NCBI GenBank assembly: GCA_018971155.1
Contig: JAGXBI010000001.1
Span: forward strand, 1-42,595
Length of the DNA stretch: 42,595 nucleotides
Direction of reading: 5' to 3'
Source of the DNA: Burkholderiales bacterium
Lineage (GTDB): Bacteria; Pseudomonadota; Gammaproteobacteria; Burkholderiales; Burkholderiaceae
A program made the translations under genes and the position numbers. The notes below the pieces were generated by a model that made no database searches, had not been told where the DNA came from, and saw only the letters and a list, made by a program, of their open reading frames with translations. Positions 21,659 to 31,040 of this stretch are shown in pieces; the first letter of the stretch is position 1; each line of letters opens with the position of its first letter.

Positions 21659-22806
21659 TGACGCTCGACAAGCCGTCCATCACGGACCGGGTAAAGCGGG
21701 CATTCGCCGCATTCGATTTGCCCCTGGTGGTAATCATGTTGTTGCTGCTGGCGATCGGACTGGTCGCACTCTACAGCGCCAGCATCGACGTGCCGAGCCG
21801 GGTCACCAGCCAATTGCGCAATATCGGGCTGGCGTTCGTGCTGATGTGGCTGCTGGCATCGCTGCCGACCCAGAAACTGATGCGCATCGCCGTGCCCCTT
21901 TACGCGTTCGGCATCGCCCTGCTGATCGCGGTATTCGTGATCGGCGTCACCAAGAACGGGGCGCGACGCTGGATCAATGTGGGCGTGGTGATCCAACCGT
22001 CCGAGATCATGAAAATCGCCATGCCGCTGCTGCTGGCCTGGTATTTTCAGAAGCGTGAAGGCGGCGTGCGCTGGTACGACTATGTTGTGGCGGTGGTTTT
22101 GTTGCTGATCCCGGTGGGACTGATTGCCAAACAGCCCGACCTCGGTACGGCGCTGCTGGTCGCTGCCGCCGGACTCTACGTGATTTATCTGGCCGGACTG
22201 AGCTGGAAACTGATCTTGCCGGTCTTTCTCGCCGCCGTCATCGCCATCGGGTCGCTGCTGGCCTTCGAGAGTCGCATCTGTCAGCCCAACGTCAGTTGGG
22301 TCGGGCTGCATGATTATCAGAAACATCGGATCTGCACATTCCTGGATCCGACGTCGGATCCGCTGGGCAAAGGGTTCCACACCATTCAGGCAGTCATCGC
22401 CATCGGCTCCGGCGGCGTTACCGGCAAGGGTTGGCTCAAGGGCACCCAGGCCCACCTCGAATTCATCCCTGAAAAACACACCGACTTCATTTTCGCGGTC
22501 TTCGCCGAGGAATTCGGCCTGATCGGTGAGAGCGTGCTGTTGCTGCTCTATTTTGCGCTGGTGGTGCGCGGCCTGATGATCGCCGCCAGCGGAGCCACGC
22601 AGTTCGGGCGATTGCTGGCCGGGGCGATCAGCATGATTTTCTTTACTTATTCGTTCGTCAACATGGGCATGGTCAGCGGCATCCTGCCCGTGGTCGGCGT
22701 GCCATTGCCATTCATGAGTTACGGCGGCACGGCGCTGGTCACGCTCGGCGTGGGCGTCGGCATTCTGATGAGCGTCGCGCGCGAAAAACGCCTGATGCAG
22801 AGTTAG
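21655..22806 (+). CDS. rodA: SEDS peptidoglycan polymerase RodA
   Basis: GARRWI, QPSEIMK, QPDLGT, PEKHTDFIF and PFMSYGG. ATGA overlap with the mrdA stop. Confidence 0.95.
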   Translation: MMTLDKPSITDRVKRAFAAFDLPLVVIMLLLLAIGLVALYSASIDVPSRVTSQLRNIGLAFVLMWLLASLPTQKLMRIAVPLYAFGIALLIAVFVIGVTKNGARRWINVGVVIQPSEIMKIAMPLLLAWYFQKREGGVRWYDYVVAVVLLLIPVGLIAKQPDLGTALLVAAAGLYVIYLAGLSWKLILPVFLAAVIAIGSLLAFESRICQPNVSWVGLHDYQKHRICTFLDPTSDPLGKGFHTIQAVIAIGSGGVTGKGWLKGTQAHLEFIPEKHTDFIFAVFAEEFGLIGESVLLLLYFALVVRGLMIAASGATQFGRLLAGAISMIFFTYSFVNMGMVSGILPVVGVPLPFMSYGGTALVTLGVGVGILMSVAREKRLMQS

Positions 22807-22811
22807 AGGCC

Positions 22812-22833
22812 GCCTGCCCGAGCGCGGGCAGGC
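22812..22833. terminator. GC-rich hairpin between the convergent rodA and Sel1 genes
   Basis: GCCTGCCCG-AGCG-CGGGCAGGC with no clear U-tract. Confidence 0.4.
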
Positions 22834-22849
22834 AACCTCCCTTTATGGC

Positions 22850-23584
22850 TCAGTGGGCCGGACTGCCCGCCGGCGCCGCCTGTTGAGCAGTCTCGGCCGC
22901 GCGTCGTGCTGTCAGGGCTCGCAATTTGCCCAACGCAGCGATGTCGCCCTGCGCTGCCGCGCGCGCATACCACACGCGCGCTTGATCGATGTCGGGCGTC
23001 ATGACACCGTAGCCGTGCTCGTAGTAACTCGCGACGATGTATTGCGACGGCAGGTCGCCCCCTCTGGCCGCTTTGAGATAGAGATCGAAGGCTTTGTGGT
23101 AATCCAGCGGGACGCCGCGCCCAATGAAGTATTCGTTGGCCATCGCCGCTTCAGCCTCGATGTGCCCCTGTTCGGCGGCCTTGCCGTACCAAAAATTGGC
23201 GTCCTTGATGGATTTGTTCACCACATACCCATCGTCGAACATCTTTCCGTAAAGAAATTGGGCCTGACTCATGCCAGCCAGAGCGGCCTTGTGCAGCCAT
23301 TGCGCGCCCTCTTGCGGCGCCGCCTTCGCTGCGCCCTCGCCATTGAGCAGCATCATCGCGTAATCGAATTCAGCCAGGCGGTTTCCCTGGCCAGCGGCCT
23401 GGCGAAACTGCGCCAACGCCTGTTTTCGATGTCCTGCCTGGTAATTGCGTATGGCCTGCTCGGTCAATTTTTTTGCCGGCGGCGGCGCCTGGGCGGCGTC
23501 CGCCGACGATGAGAGCGCTGCGATCGCAGCACCGCAGACGAGCGCCATCGACGCGATCCGCCTCATGTTTTGCCATGCTTTCAT
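22850..23584 (-). CDS. Exported Sel1-like repeat (TPR) protein
   Basis: Signal peptide followed by repeated AAxxG..A..Y..G.GV units. Start uncertain (23605, 23584 or 23566). Confidence 0.85.
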   Translation of the reverse strand: MKAWQNMRRIASMALVCGAAIAALSSSADAAQAPPPAKKLTEQAIRNYQAGHRKQALAQFRQAAGQGNRLAEFDYAMMLLNGEGAAKAAPQEGAQWLHKAALAGMSQAQFLYGKMFDDGYVVNKSIKDANFWYGKAAEQGHIEAEAAMANEYFIGRGVPLDYHKAFDLYLKAARGGDLPSQYIVASYYEHGYGVMTPDIDQARVWYARAAAQGDIAALGKLRALTARRAAETAQQAAPAGSPAH

Positions 23585-23720
23585 GAAATACCCCCGCAGC
23601 TTCATTGCACCTGGTTGAACGCCTGACGCTTAGTCGGTATGCAAGCGGAATCCTGACACCTCGCTCGTTGCACCGATCATCATAGCCCGATCGGCCCGAA
23701 CCTGCGCTGCGGGTTATCGG

Positions 23721-24164
23721 CTAGCGGCAGACCTCGGCCCAGCAGTTGGGCGTTTCGTACAGACGCACCCGCGTCAGACGCAGATTGACGCCGTAATGAG
23801 CGTCGAACACCGCTGCCAAAACGTCGAAAGCGACGGCCGCGAGGTTCTCTACCGTCGGCACCCGGTCCAGCACGACCGTCTTGTGATCCGGCAGGCTGTC
23901 GAGAAACCCCCTGACGGCAGCATCGTTCTCGTAGACCAGGAAGGCGTGATCCCACACGTCGATCAGGTGCTCGCGAGCGAGCGTCTTGACGTCGGCGAAG
24001 TCCATCACCATGCCGTTGTCGGAGGCGCCCTCGTGCTGCATGATCTCGCCGCACAGGGTAATTTCCAGAACGTAACGATGTCCGTGCAGGTTACGGCACT
24101 GGCTCCGATGATCGGGAATGCGGTGACCTGCGTCGAACTCAAGTTTTCGGGTAATGGTAATCAC
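23721..24164 (-). CDS. queD: 6-carboxy-5,6,7,8-tetrahydropterin synthase
   Basis: FDAGHR, CRNLHGHRY, MDFADVK, PTVEN and LYETP. GTG start at 24164. Confidence 0.93.
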   Translation of the reverse strand: MITITRKLEFDAGHRIPDHRSQCRNLHGHRYVLEITLCGEIMQHEGASDNGMVMDFADVKTLAREHLIDVWDHAFLVYENDAAVRGFLDSLPDHKTVVLDRVPTVENLAAVAFDVLAAVFDAHYGVNLRLTRVRLYETPNCWAEVCR

Positions 24165-24251
24165 GCAAAATCGCTCTTCAATGAGGAGGCGGCCCCGTAG
24201 CCGGCGTTGCACTCAATCGACACACGCCGCGCTGGCCGGGCCTGGCGCCCC

Positions 24252-24887
24252 CTAGGGAATATTCAGATACTTGTGCGTTTGCATCGACAGCCGCCAGCGC
24301 GGATGCTGCTTGCAATAATCGATAGCCCAACGCGTATTGGCCTCGCGCAGCGGGCCGTCCATCGGCTGCAAATAAAAGTGCTCGAAGCCCAATGCCTCGT
24401 ACCCGGCCAGCGACTGACGCGCCTGCGGCACCACCACTTTCAGCTCGTGCCCCCGAGTCACAACCAGCGGCGCATCCGCTTTCGGGCTGACGCAAACCCA
24501 ATCGATGCCGGGTGGCACAGGCTGGGTGCCGTTGGTCTCGATCGCGATGCGGAAGCGCGAGCGGTGCAGCGCATCGATCAATGGCTCATCGAGCTGCAGC
24601 AAAGGTTCTCCACCGGTGCACACGACGAAGCGGTGCTCGCTGTCGCCAGCGGGCCAGAGCGACGCGATGCGTTCGGCCAGGGCTTCCGGCGTCGCATATT
24701 TTCCGCCGTTCTCGCCGTCAGTGCCGACAAAATCTGTATCGCAAAAGCGGCACACCGCGTCGGCGCGGTCCTGCTCGCGGCCAGTCCAGAGGTTGCAACC
24801 CGCGAAGCGGCAAAATACGGCCGGCCGGCCGGCGTTGGCGCCCTCGCCCTGCAATGTATAGAAAATTTCCTTGACGGTGTAGGTCAT
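24252..24887 (-). CDS. queE: 7-carboxy-7-deazaguanine synthase (radical SAM)
   Basis: [10 protein letters not shown] and the Cx14CxxC variant ([19 protein letters not shown]), plus TGGEPLLQ and QTHK. Confidence 0.93.
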   Translation of the reverse strand: MTYTVKEIFYTLQGEGANAGRPAVFCRFAGCNLWTGREQDRADAVCRFCDTDFVGTDGENGGKYATPEALAERIASLWPAGDSEHRFVVCTGGEPLLQLDEPLIDALHRSRFRIAIETNGTQPVPPGIDWVCVSPKADAPLVVTRGHELKVVVPQARQSLAGYEALGFEHFYLQPMDGPLREANTRWAIDYCKQHPRWRLSMQTHKYLNIP

Positions 24888-25597
24888 TGTCCGCCCTGGG
24901 CTATGTAGCCCTCATATCCACGGCGACGCAACTCGCACGCCGGGCATTCGCCGCAACCGTAACCCCAGGCATGCAGCTCACCGCGCTCGCCGAGGTAACA
25001 GGTATGCGTGGCTTCGCGCACCAGCTCGACCAAAGGCGCACCGCCCAGCGAGTGCGCAAGCCGCCAGGTCTGGGTCTTGTCGATCCACATCAGCGGCGTC
25101 TCGACGATGAAACGGCGATCCATGCCAAGATTGAGTGCCACCTGGAGCGCCTTCATGGTGTCGTCCCGGCAATCCGGATAACCGGAGAAGTCGGTCTCGC
25201 ACATGCCGCCGACCAGCACGCGCAAGCCGCGACGGTAGGCAATGGTGGCGCCGATCGTCATGAACAGCAGGTTGCGGCCCGGCACGAAGGTGTTGGGCAA
25301 ATGATCCGCGCTCATTGCAATCGAGACTTCGCGCGTCAATGCGGTGTCGCTGATCTGACCGAGCACCGACAGGTCGATCATGTGATCCTCGCCCAGCCGC
25401 GGGGTCCACGCCGGGAATTCGGCACGCAACCGTGCCAGCACGTCGGTGCGGCAATCCAGCTCGACCCGATGGCGCTGGCCGTAATCGAAACCGAGCGTTT
25501 CCACGCGAGCATAGCGCGCCAGCGCCCAGGCCAGGCAAGTGGTCGAGTCTTGTCCGCCGGAGAACAAGACCAGTGCGGCATCTTCAGATATCGTCAT
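24884..25597 (-). CDS. queC: 7-cyano-7-deazaguanine synthase
   Basis: [27 protein letters not shown] and CY...CGECPAC. Confidence 0.95.
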   Translation of the reverse strand: MTISEDAALVLFSGGQDSTTCLAWALARYARVETLGFDYGQRHRVELDCRTDVLARLRAEFPAWTPRLGEDHMIDLSVLGQISDTALTREVSIAMSADHLPNTFVPGRNLLFMTIGATIAYRRGLRVLVGGMCETDFSGYPDCRDDTMKALQVALNLGMDRRFIVETPLMWIDKTQTWRLAHSLGGAPLVELVREATHTCYLGERGELHAWGYGCGECPACELRRRGYEGYIAQGGQ

Positions 25598-25732
25598 GAT
25601 CGCATGTACGCAAATTCCCCTGCTGCGGGGATCCCCGCGCCGAATCCATCACGCATGCGGGACAGCGGCGGGCTCTGGCGGCGACCATTTTGCCGGACCG
25701 CGCATGAGGCGGGCAAAATCGTCGCAAAACGC

Positions 25733-25761
25733 AAAAAGGGCTTGCATGGATGCAAGCCCTT
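25733..25761 (-). terminator. Intrinsic terminator after tRNA-Phe
   Basis: Minus strand reads AAGGGCTTGCA-TCCA-TGCAAGCCCTT-TTT. Confidence 0.85.
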
Positions 25762-25769
25762 GGTGTTCT

Positions 25770-25845
25770 TGGTGGCCTGGGACGGAATCGAACCATCGAC
25801 ACACGGATTTTCAATCCGCTGCTCTACCAACTGAGCTACCGGGCC
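25770..25845 (-). tRNA. tRNA-Phe(GAA)
   Basis: GGCCCGGTAGCTCAGTTGGTAGAGCAGCGGATTGAAAATCCGTGTGTCGATGGTTCGATTCCGTCCCAGGCCACCA. 76 nt, cloverleaf, encoded CCA. Confidence 0.97.
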
Positions 25846-25856
25846 AAGGAAGCGAG

Positions 25857-25885
25857 ATTATAAGCAAATCCCGGTATGACTGCAA
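25857..25885 (-). promoter_or_regulatory. sigma70 promoter for tRNA-Phe
   Basis: TTGCAG-N17-TATAAT on the minus strand, with the -10 element ending 11 nt before the tRNA 5' end. Confidence 0.75.
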
Positions 25886-25911
25886 GCCGCCTGCAACAAA
25901 TAGGCGGCGTT

Positions 25912-26637
25912 TCAGCGTTCGTGCTTGGCCCTGCTCAGTTCAACCCCCAATTGCTTGAGCTTGCGATACAAATGCGTCCGTTCCAGCCCGGTTTTCTCGG
26001 CCACACGCGTCATGCTGCCGTTTTCCTTGGTCAGGTGGTACTCGAAATAGGCGCGCTCGAAGGCGTCGCGCGCTTCGCGCAGCGGAACATCGAACGAAAT
26101 GCCGGAGGACGACGCCGGCGCAGTGCCGTCATGAGTGCTGGCTCGGCTTGCCACGCCATTGCCGAACCCGTCCTCGTCGATATCGACATAGCTATCGGAC
26201 TCGTCGTCGAGACCGGCCACCTCCACACCTGCCGCATCGGCGGCACCGACCTTGCCCTGGCCCGCGTCCTGTCTGCCGTGGGCGAGTCCCTGCGCGACCG
26301 CCTGCAGCAATTTCTGCAATGCGATCGGCTTCTCCAGGAAATTCAGCGCGCCAATCTTGGTCGCTTCGACCGCGGTATCGATCGTCGCATGTCCCGACAT
26401 CATGATGACCGGCATCGTCAGTTGACCCTGTGCGGCCCACTCCTTGAGCAACGTCACACCATCGGTATCGGGCATCCAGATATCGAGCAGGACCAGATCC
26501 GGAACCTGCTGCGCGCGATAGGCGCGCGCGGCCTGGGCGTTCTCCGCCACTTCCACCACATGACCTTCGTCGCTGAGAATTTCCGAGAGCAACTCCCGGA
26601 TACCCATTTCGTCGTCCACCACCAAGATGGTTGCCAT
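25912..26637 (-). CDS. ntrX: NtrX-like response regulator (REC plus Fis-type HTH, no AAA+ domain)
   Basis: ILVVDDE, LLDIWMPD, FLEKP and a C-terminal LERTHLYRKLKQLG. 241 aa. Confidence 0.8.
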   Translation of the reverse strand: MATILVVDDEMGIRELLSEILSDEGHVVEVAENAQAARAYRAQQVPDLVLLDIWMPDTDGVTLLKEWAAQGQLTMPVIMMSGHATIDTAVEATKIGALNFLEKPIALQKLLQAVAQGLAHGRQDAGQGKVGAADAAGVEVAGLDDESDSYVDIDEDGFGNGVASRASTHDGTAPASSSGISFDVPLREARDAFERAYFEYHLTKENGSMTRVAEKTGLERTHLYRKLKQLGVELSRAKHER

Positions 26638-28974
26638 TTACGCTACCTTCGTGTGTTCCACCGTCTGCTCGCCGGACGGCGCAGAGTCTTCTTTCAACTG
26701 CGTGAACAGAATCGCGATCTGTGCGCCAATCACACCCTCGCCGTCGGGACCCGGTCGATTCCTGATGTCGATGCGCGCGTCGTGCTCATCGATGATCTTC
26801 TTGACCATCGCCAACCCCAGTCCCGTTCCCTTGGCCTTGGTGGTGGCATACGGCTCGAAGGCGCGAGTGAGAATGCGCGCCGAAAATCCCGGGCCGCTGT
26901 CGGTGATCGTCAGGCGCACCGCATTGCGCTTGCGTGCGCCGTCGCGCGACTCGCCTTCTTTGTATTCTACTGTCTTCGTTTCAATACTGATAAGAGGGTT
27001 TGCGGATTCAGCGACCGCGTCCTGCGCATTTTGCAGCAAATTGTGAATCACTTGGCGCAATTGCGTGGGATCGCCGCGAATAATCGGCAAATCGGCCGCC
27101 AGGTTGGCGGTGATGATGTGACGGCTGCCGTCGTCGGCGTACAGGCCCAGCACCTCGACGATCAAGTCGTTGAGCTGGAGGTTCTGCAACACGGCCGGCG
27201 GGGTGCGCGCATAGTCGCGAAAATCATCGACCATCCGCTTCATCGCAGCGACCTGATTGACGATCGTGGCAGCCCCCCTTCGCAGCACTTCCGCATCGGC
27301 CGGCGGCAGCTTGTCCGACAGCTTGTGCTGCAACCGTTCGGCCGACAGCTGGATGGGCGTCAGCGGATTCTTGATCTCGTGCGCCAGCCGGCGCGCCACC
27401 TCGCCCCAGGCTGCGGAACGCTGGGCCGAAATCACATCGCTGATGTCGTCGAACACCACCACATAGCCGCCGGTGTTTTGCGCACCCTCGGGCAAGCGCG
27501 CCCCGCGCACCAGCAACGTCACCGGATCGGGCTCGTTGGGCAGCGTCAGCGCGATCTGCTGTTGCCAATGCCCGCCCGTGAGCTCGGCATTCGCTCCCTG
27601 ATCGGCAAACGCCTTGCGCAGGATCGCGCCAAATTCCACCAGGGCCGGTATATCGTCGAGCAGGCGATTGAGCTCGTCCTGGAAGCTCTGCTTGAAAATA
27701 CGTTCGGCGCCCGGATTGGCCGTCGTCATTCGAAACTCGCGATCGAACACGAACACGCCGGCCGTCAGGTTGGAAAGAATACTCTCGAGATAGGCCTTGG
27801 AGCTCTCCAGAGCCAGGCGATTATGCTCCACCGCGATACGGGCATCGGCCAGCTGGCGTGTCATCGCATTGAACGCCTGGGTCAGGAAGCCGAGCTCGTC
27901 GTTGGTGCGCATCTCGTGCTTGGGCGTGTAGTCGCCCTCGGCCACCTCCTTGGTGCCCTTGGCCAGCAAAAACAGCGGGCGAGCCAGCTGGTTGCCCAGC
28001 GCCAGCGCCAGCATCATTGCCACGAACGTCGCCAGGAACAGGCTCAGGGTCAGCGTGCCGATATACATTTTGCGCAGCCCCGTGCGCCCCAGGGCCTTCT
28101 CCTGATACTCGCGATAGGCGGTCTGCACCGCCTCGGCGTTGCTGGCAAGATTACGCGGCACGAGCTGAGTGACTTGCAGCAACCGCTGGCTGCTGCGCAG
28201 CGACGCGCCATACGACGACGGTATCGGGATGATGACGAGCCAGCGCAGCTGATTGCTTTGCGCGTCGCTGCTCTTGATGTCGCCGCCGCTGTCGATGCTC
28301 TCGTTGCCGCCCTCGAATCCGGCATAGCCGCCCGGCGCGCGCGCCTGGCGCAGTTCAAGGGCGGTTGGCGCCTGGGGCAGCAACTGACTGAAATTGCTCG
28401 AGGCCGAGGCCAGCACACGGCCGTTGCTGTCGAGCACGGTGGCCTCCTGCAGGCCGAACTGGTCACGCAGGCGCAGCAGGCCCAGCGACGAGGTCGGGTC
28501 GCCGCTTGCCGCCAGTTGATCCGCAACCAGATGCGCCTTGTTGCGCAGATCGCTCAGCCCATTGTCGAGCACCGCCCGGCCAAGCTCAAGGCCGGAGTCG
28601 AGCGCCGACTCGACGCGCACGTCGAACCACGATTCGATACTGCGAGATACGAACTGGAGCGATACCAGATAGATGATCACTCCGGGCAACACGCCGACCA
28701 GGGCAAAGTAGAACGCCAGCTTGGCAAGCAAGCGCGTGCCGAATTTGCCCTGCCGCAAACGCGCTACGATGATCCAGATCAGCGAGAAAAAGATCAGCAG
28801 GAAAATCAGCGCGACCGCGACGTTCGCGCCATAGAGCCACGAGTAATAGCGATCGAAAAACTCGGTGTTGGCGCTTGCCAGCGCCAATAGAATAAGCAAC
28901 ACCAAGGCGACCACCGCGACGGTGGCAACCAGCGCGCGACTGACGATTCGTTTGAGACGGTCGCTATTTGCCAT
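26638..28974 (-). CDS. ntrY: NtrY-like membrane sensor histidine kinase (HAMP-PAS-HisKA-HATPase)
   Basis: Multiple TM segments, SIESWF, DELGFLTQAFN, AHEIKNPLTPIQLSAE, NLLQNA and GTGLGL. Confidence 0.85.
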   Translation of the reverse strand: MANSDRLKRIVSRALVATVAVVALVLLILLALASANTEFFDRYYSWLYGANVAVALIFLLIFFSLIWIIVARLRQGKFGTRLLAKLAFYFALVGVLPGVIIYLVSLQFVSRSIESWFDVRVESALDSGLELGRAVLDNGLSDLRNKAHLVADQLAASGDPTSSLGLLRLRDQFGLQEATVLDSNGRVLASASSNFSQLLPQAPTALELRQARAPGGYAGFEGGNESIDSGGDIKSSDAQSNQLRWLVIIPIPSSYGASLRSSQRLLQVTQLVPRNLASNAEAVQTAYREYQEKALGRTGLRKMYIGTLTLSLFLATFVAMMLALALGNQLARPLFLLAKGTKEVAEGDYTPKHEMRTNDELGFLTQAFNAMTRQLADARIAVEHNRLALESSKAYLESILSNLTAGVFVFDREFRMTTANPGAERIFKQSFQDELNRLLDDIPALVEFGAILRKAFADQGANAELTGGHWQQQIALTLPNEPDPVTLLVRGARLPEGAQNTGGYVVVFDDISDVISAQRSAAWGEVARRLAHEIKNPLTPIQLSAERLQHKLSDKLPPADAEVLRRGAATIVNQVAAMKRMVDDFRDYARTPPAVLQNLQLNDLIVEVLGLYADDGSRHIITANLAADLPIIRGDPTQLRQVIHNLLQNAQDAVAESANPLISIETKTVEYKEGESRDGARKRNAVRLTITDSGPGFSARILTRAFEPYATTKAKGTGLGLAMVKKIIDEHDARIDIRNRPGPDGEGVIGAQIAILFTQLKEDSAPSGEQTVEHTKVA

Positions 28975-29668
28975 GATCGGCGGCACTGGCCGGCCCCGGT
29001 ACAGGTACAGGTACAGGTAACACCCCGCTCGCGGCGCTCGAAGCTGGCGCTGCCTCCGACACGGACGCAGCCGGCGGCGCAGGTGCCGGCTCGGCCGGCT
29101 GCGTCGGGGTAAAGATGAAATGCTTCCAGCTGGAACTCATATTCCAGTCCCGGTTATTGACGGCATCGATCTGAAACGGCTTGGGCATCAAAGCGGTATC
29201 GAGCCGCATGCGCACCGAGGCATGGTAAGTCTCGCCCGGCCTGACTTCATCACTTTTGATGACCCGCCAGGCGCTGACGTTGCGCACCAGGGCCAACGCC
29301 GACGCCAGCGTCGGAAACCCGAGTTGCAGGCCACCGCCGTTCGAGACGCGGTACTGGCGAGTCAGCGGCTGAAACCACAGACGGGTGCTTTGCGAGGCAC
29401 TGACCACCTGCCGGTCGAACCAGTACCAGCGCGACTGGGTCAGCTCGAAATCAGTCGTGAAGTAAAGCGGAATGCCTCGATTGACCGCATCCTCCAGACT
29501 GCTGTTGAGCACGAAGTCGAAGTGGGCATCCAGCGTCCAGCCGCCGGCGCCGCGTTCGAGCCGGGTATCGCCGACCTTGATCTCGTTATCCGCGCGCGCA
29601 GCGTCCGTGCGCGACAGCGCAGAAGCAGCCAGCAGCAGCGTGAGCCAAACCAGGAGCGGTCGTCGCAA
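28964..29668 (-). CDS. DUF4390 exported protein
   Basis: Signal peptide, GIPLYF, RWYWFD and MPKPFQI. Conserved position between rsmB and ntrY. TTG start. Confidence 0.82.
   Translation of the reverse strand: MRRPLLVWLTLLLAASALSRTDAARADNEIKVGDTRLERGAGGWTLDAHFDFVLNSSLEDAVNRGIPLYFTTDFELTQSRWYWFDRQVVSASQSTRLWFQPLTRQYRVSNGGGLQLGFPTLASALALVRNVSAWRVIKSDEVRPGETYHASVRMRLDTALMPKPFQIDAVNNRDWNMSSSWKHFIFTPTQPAEPAPAPPAASVSEAAPASSAASGVLPVPVPVPGPASAADHGK
28998..29019. repeat. 6-bp microsatellite (GGTACA)x3.7
   Basis: GGTACAGGTACAGGTACAGGTA, which encodes the PVPVPVP tail of the DUF4390 protein. Confidence 0.8.
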
Positions 29669-29670
29669 GG

Positions 29671-30963
29671 TTACCGTTTCCGAAAGCGTGCGTAAAAAAA
29701 GCCGTCGTGCGCGCCGTCAGGGGCTGGCAACAACTGGCCGGGAGCGTCCAATCGTACCGCATCTGGCGAGACTCGTTCAAACCATTGCGCCTGGGCCTCG
29801 TTTTCGTCCGGAAATATCGAACAGGTGACGTATAGCAGTTCGCCACCGGCCGCCAGGGCACCCCACAAGGCCTGCAGGATGCGGCGTTGCGTCAGGACCA
29901 GGCGGGGGACGTCGTCGGCGCGACGCAACCAGCGGATGTCAGGATGGCGCCGCACGATACCCGAGGCCGAGCAGGGCACATCGGCCAGAATGCGTTCGAA
30001 CGGCCGGCCGTCCCACCATTGCGCCGGGTCGCCGGCATCGCCCACGCGCACCGTCGCGTGCAGCCCCAGCCGATCGAGATTCTGATCAATGCGATCGGCG
30101 CGGCCGGCATCGGCCTCGAGCGCTACCAGGTCGATATCGGCCAGTTCGAGCAAGTGCCCGGTCTTGCCGCCAGGGGCCGCGCAAGCATCGAGCACGCGCA
30201 TGCCGTCGGCCGCGCACAGGAGCGGCGCGGCGAGTTGCGCTCCGGCATCCTGAACCGACAACAGGCCTTGTTGGAATCCCGGTAACCGCTCGACGGGCAC
30301 TGCGCGCGCGAGCCGGATCGCCGCGGCATCGCTCGGCTCGCCATCCAGGCCGGCCGCACGCAGGCTTGCCAGCGCCGCCTCCAGCGTCGTGCGACGACGA
30401 TTCACGCGTACCGTCAGCGGCCCGCGCGTATCGCCGGCCGTCAAAATCGACTCCCATTGCGTGGGCCACGCGCGACGCACTGCATCGATCCACCACAGCG
30501 GATAATTCCAGCGCGCCTCGGGTTGTTGCATGACCTGCGCCGTGAGTGTCTCCTGTTCGCGCAGGAAGCGTCGCAGCACCGCATTGACGAACCCTTTGGC
30601 CGACGCCGTGCGAACGTTGGCCGCCACCGCGGCGACGGCCTGGTCGACGACCGTGAAGGGCGGATAGGCCGCCTCGCCAGGCGCATCCAGCAGCAACGCC
30701 AGGGCGCACAGCAATATACCCCGCACCTGACCGGCGGGCGCCTGTCTGGCCAGGGCGGCGAGCAACGCCCGCGTCGTCCCGAGGCGGCGCATCGCGCGAT
30801 ACGACAAATCCTGCGCCGCCGCCCGCGCGTTGACCGGCGCACCGAGCGTCGCGCGGCCGAGGGCCGCCGGCAGGGCGGTGCCGCTCAGGACGGCATCAAC
30901 GGCGCGCGCGGCGCGGTCGAGCGAAAAAGCCAGGCCTTCCGGATTCAACGATGATTTCGGCAT
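29671..30963 (-). CDS. rsmB: 16S rRNA m5C967 methyltransferase RsmB
   Basis: NAVLRRF, SVQDAGAQ, LDACAAPGGKT, DVPCSASG, YVTCS and DGFFYA. Confidence 0.93.
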   Translation of the reverse strand: MPKSSLNPEGLAFSLDRAARAVDAVLSGTALPAALGRATLGAPVNARAAAQDLSYRAMRRLGTTRALLAALARQAPAGQVRGILLCALALLLDAPGEAAYPPFTVVDQAVAAVAANVRTASAKGFVNAVLRRFLREQETLTAQVMQQPEARWNYPLWWIDAVRRAWPTQWESILTAGDTRGPLTVRVNRRRTTLEAALASLRAAGLDGEPSDAAAIRLARAVPVERLPGFQQGLLSVQDAGAQLAAPLLCAADGMRVLDACAAPGGKTGHLLELADIDLVALEADAGRADRIDQNLDRLGLHATVRVGDAGDPAQWWDGRPFERILADVPCSASGIVRRHPDIRWLRRADDVPRLVLTQRRILQALWGALAAGGELLYVTCSIFPDENEAQAQWFERVSPDAVRLDAPGQLLPAPDGAHDGFFYARFRKR

Positions 30964-30991
30964 GAAGCGTAGTGCCGCACGACGCGGCCTC

Positions 30992-31021
30992 AAAAAAAGA
31001 AATGCCCGCACCAGGCGGGCA
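30992..31021 (-). terminator. Intrinsic terminator after htpX
   Basis: Minus strand reads TGCCCGC-CTGGT-GCGGGCA-TTTCTTTTTTT. Confidence 0.75.
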
Positions 31022-31040
31022 GGTCGGTTGGCGATACCTG

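Noticed and set aside
23721-25597. queCED as a 7-deazaguanine DNA-modification (Dpd) defence island
   Set aside because: No dpdA/tgt-like, helicase or other dpd genes are nearby, and the context is housekeeping queuosine synthesis.
25598-25730. preQ1 riboswitch upstream of queC
   Set aside because: No preQ1-I stem-loop with an A-rich 3' tail could be found on the minus strand.
25876-28890. 1004-aa plus-strand ORF, and other long antisense ORFs (68..1246, 1842..4487, 14608..16584, 19409..21430, 36152..38434)
   Set aside because: They mirror well-supported genes on the opposite strand, show no recognisable motifs, and are expected shadow ORFs in high-GC coding DNA.
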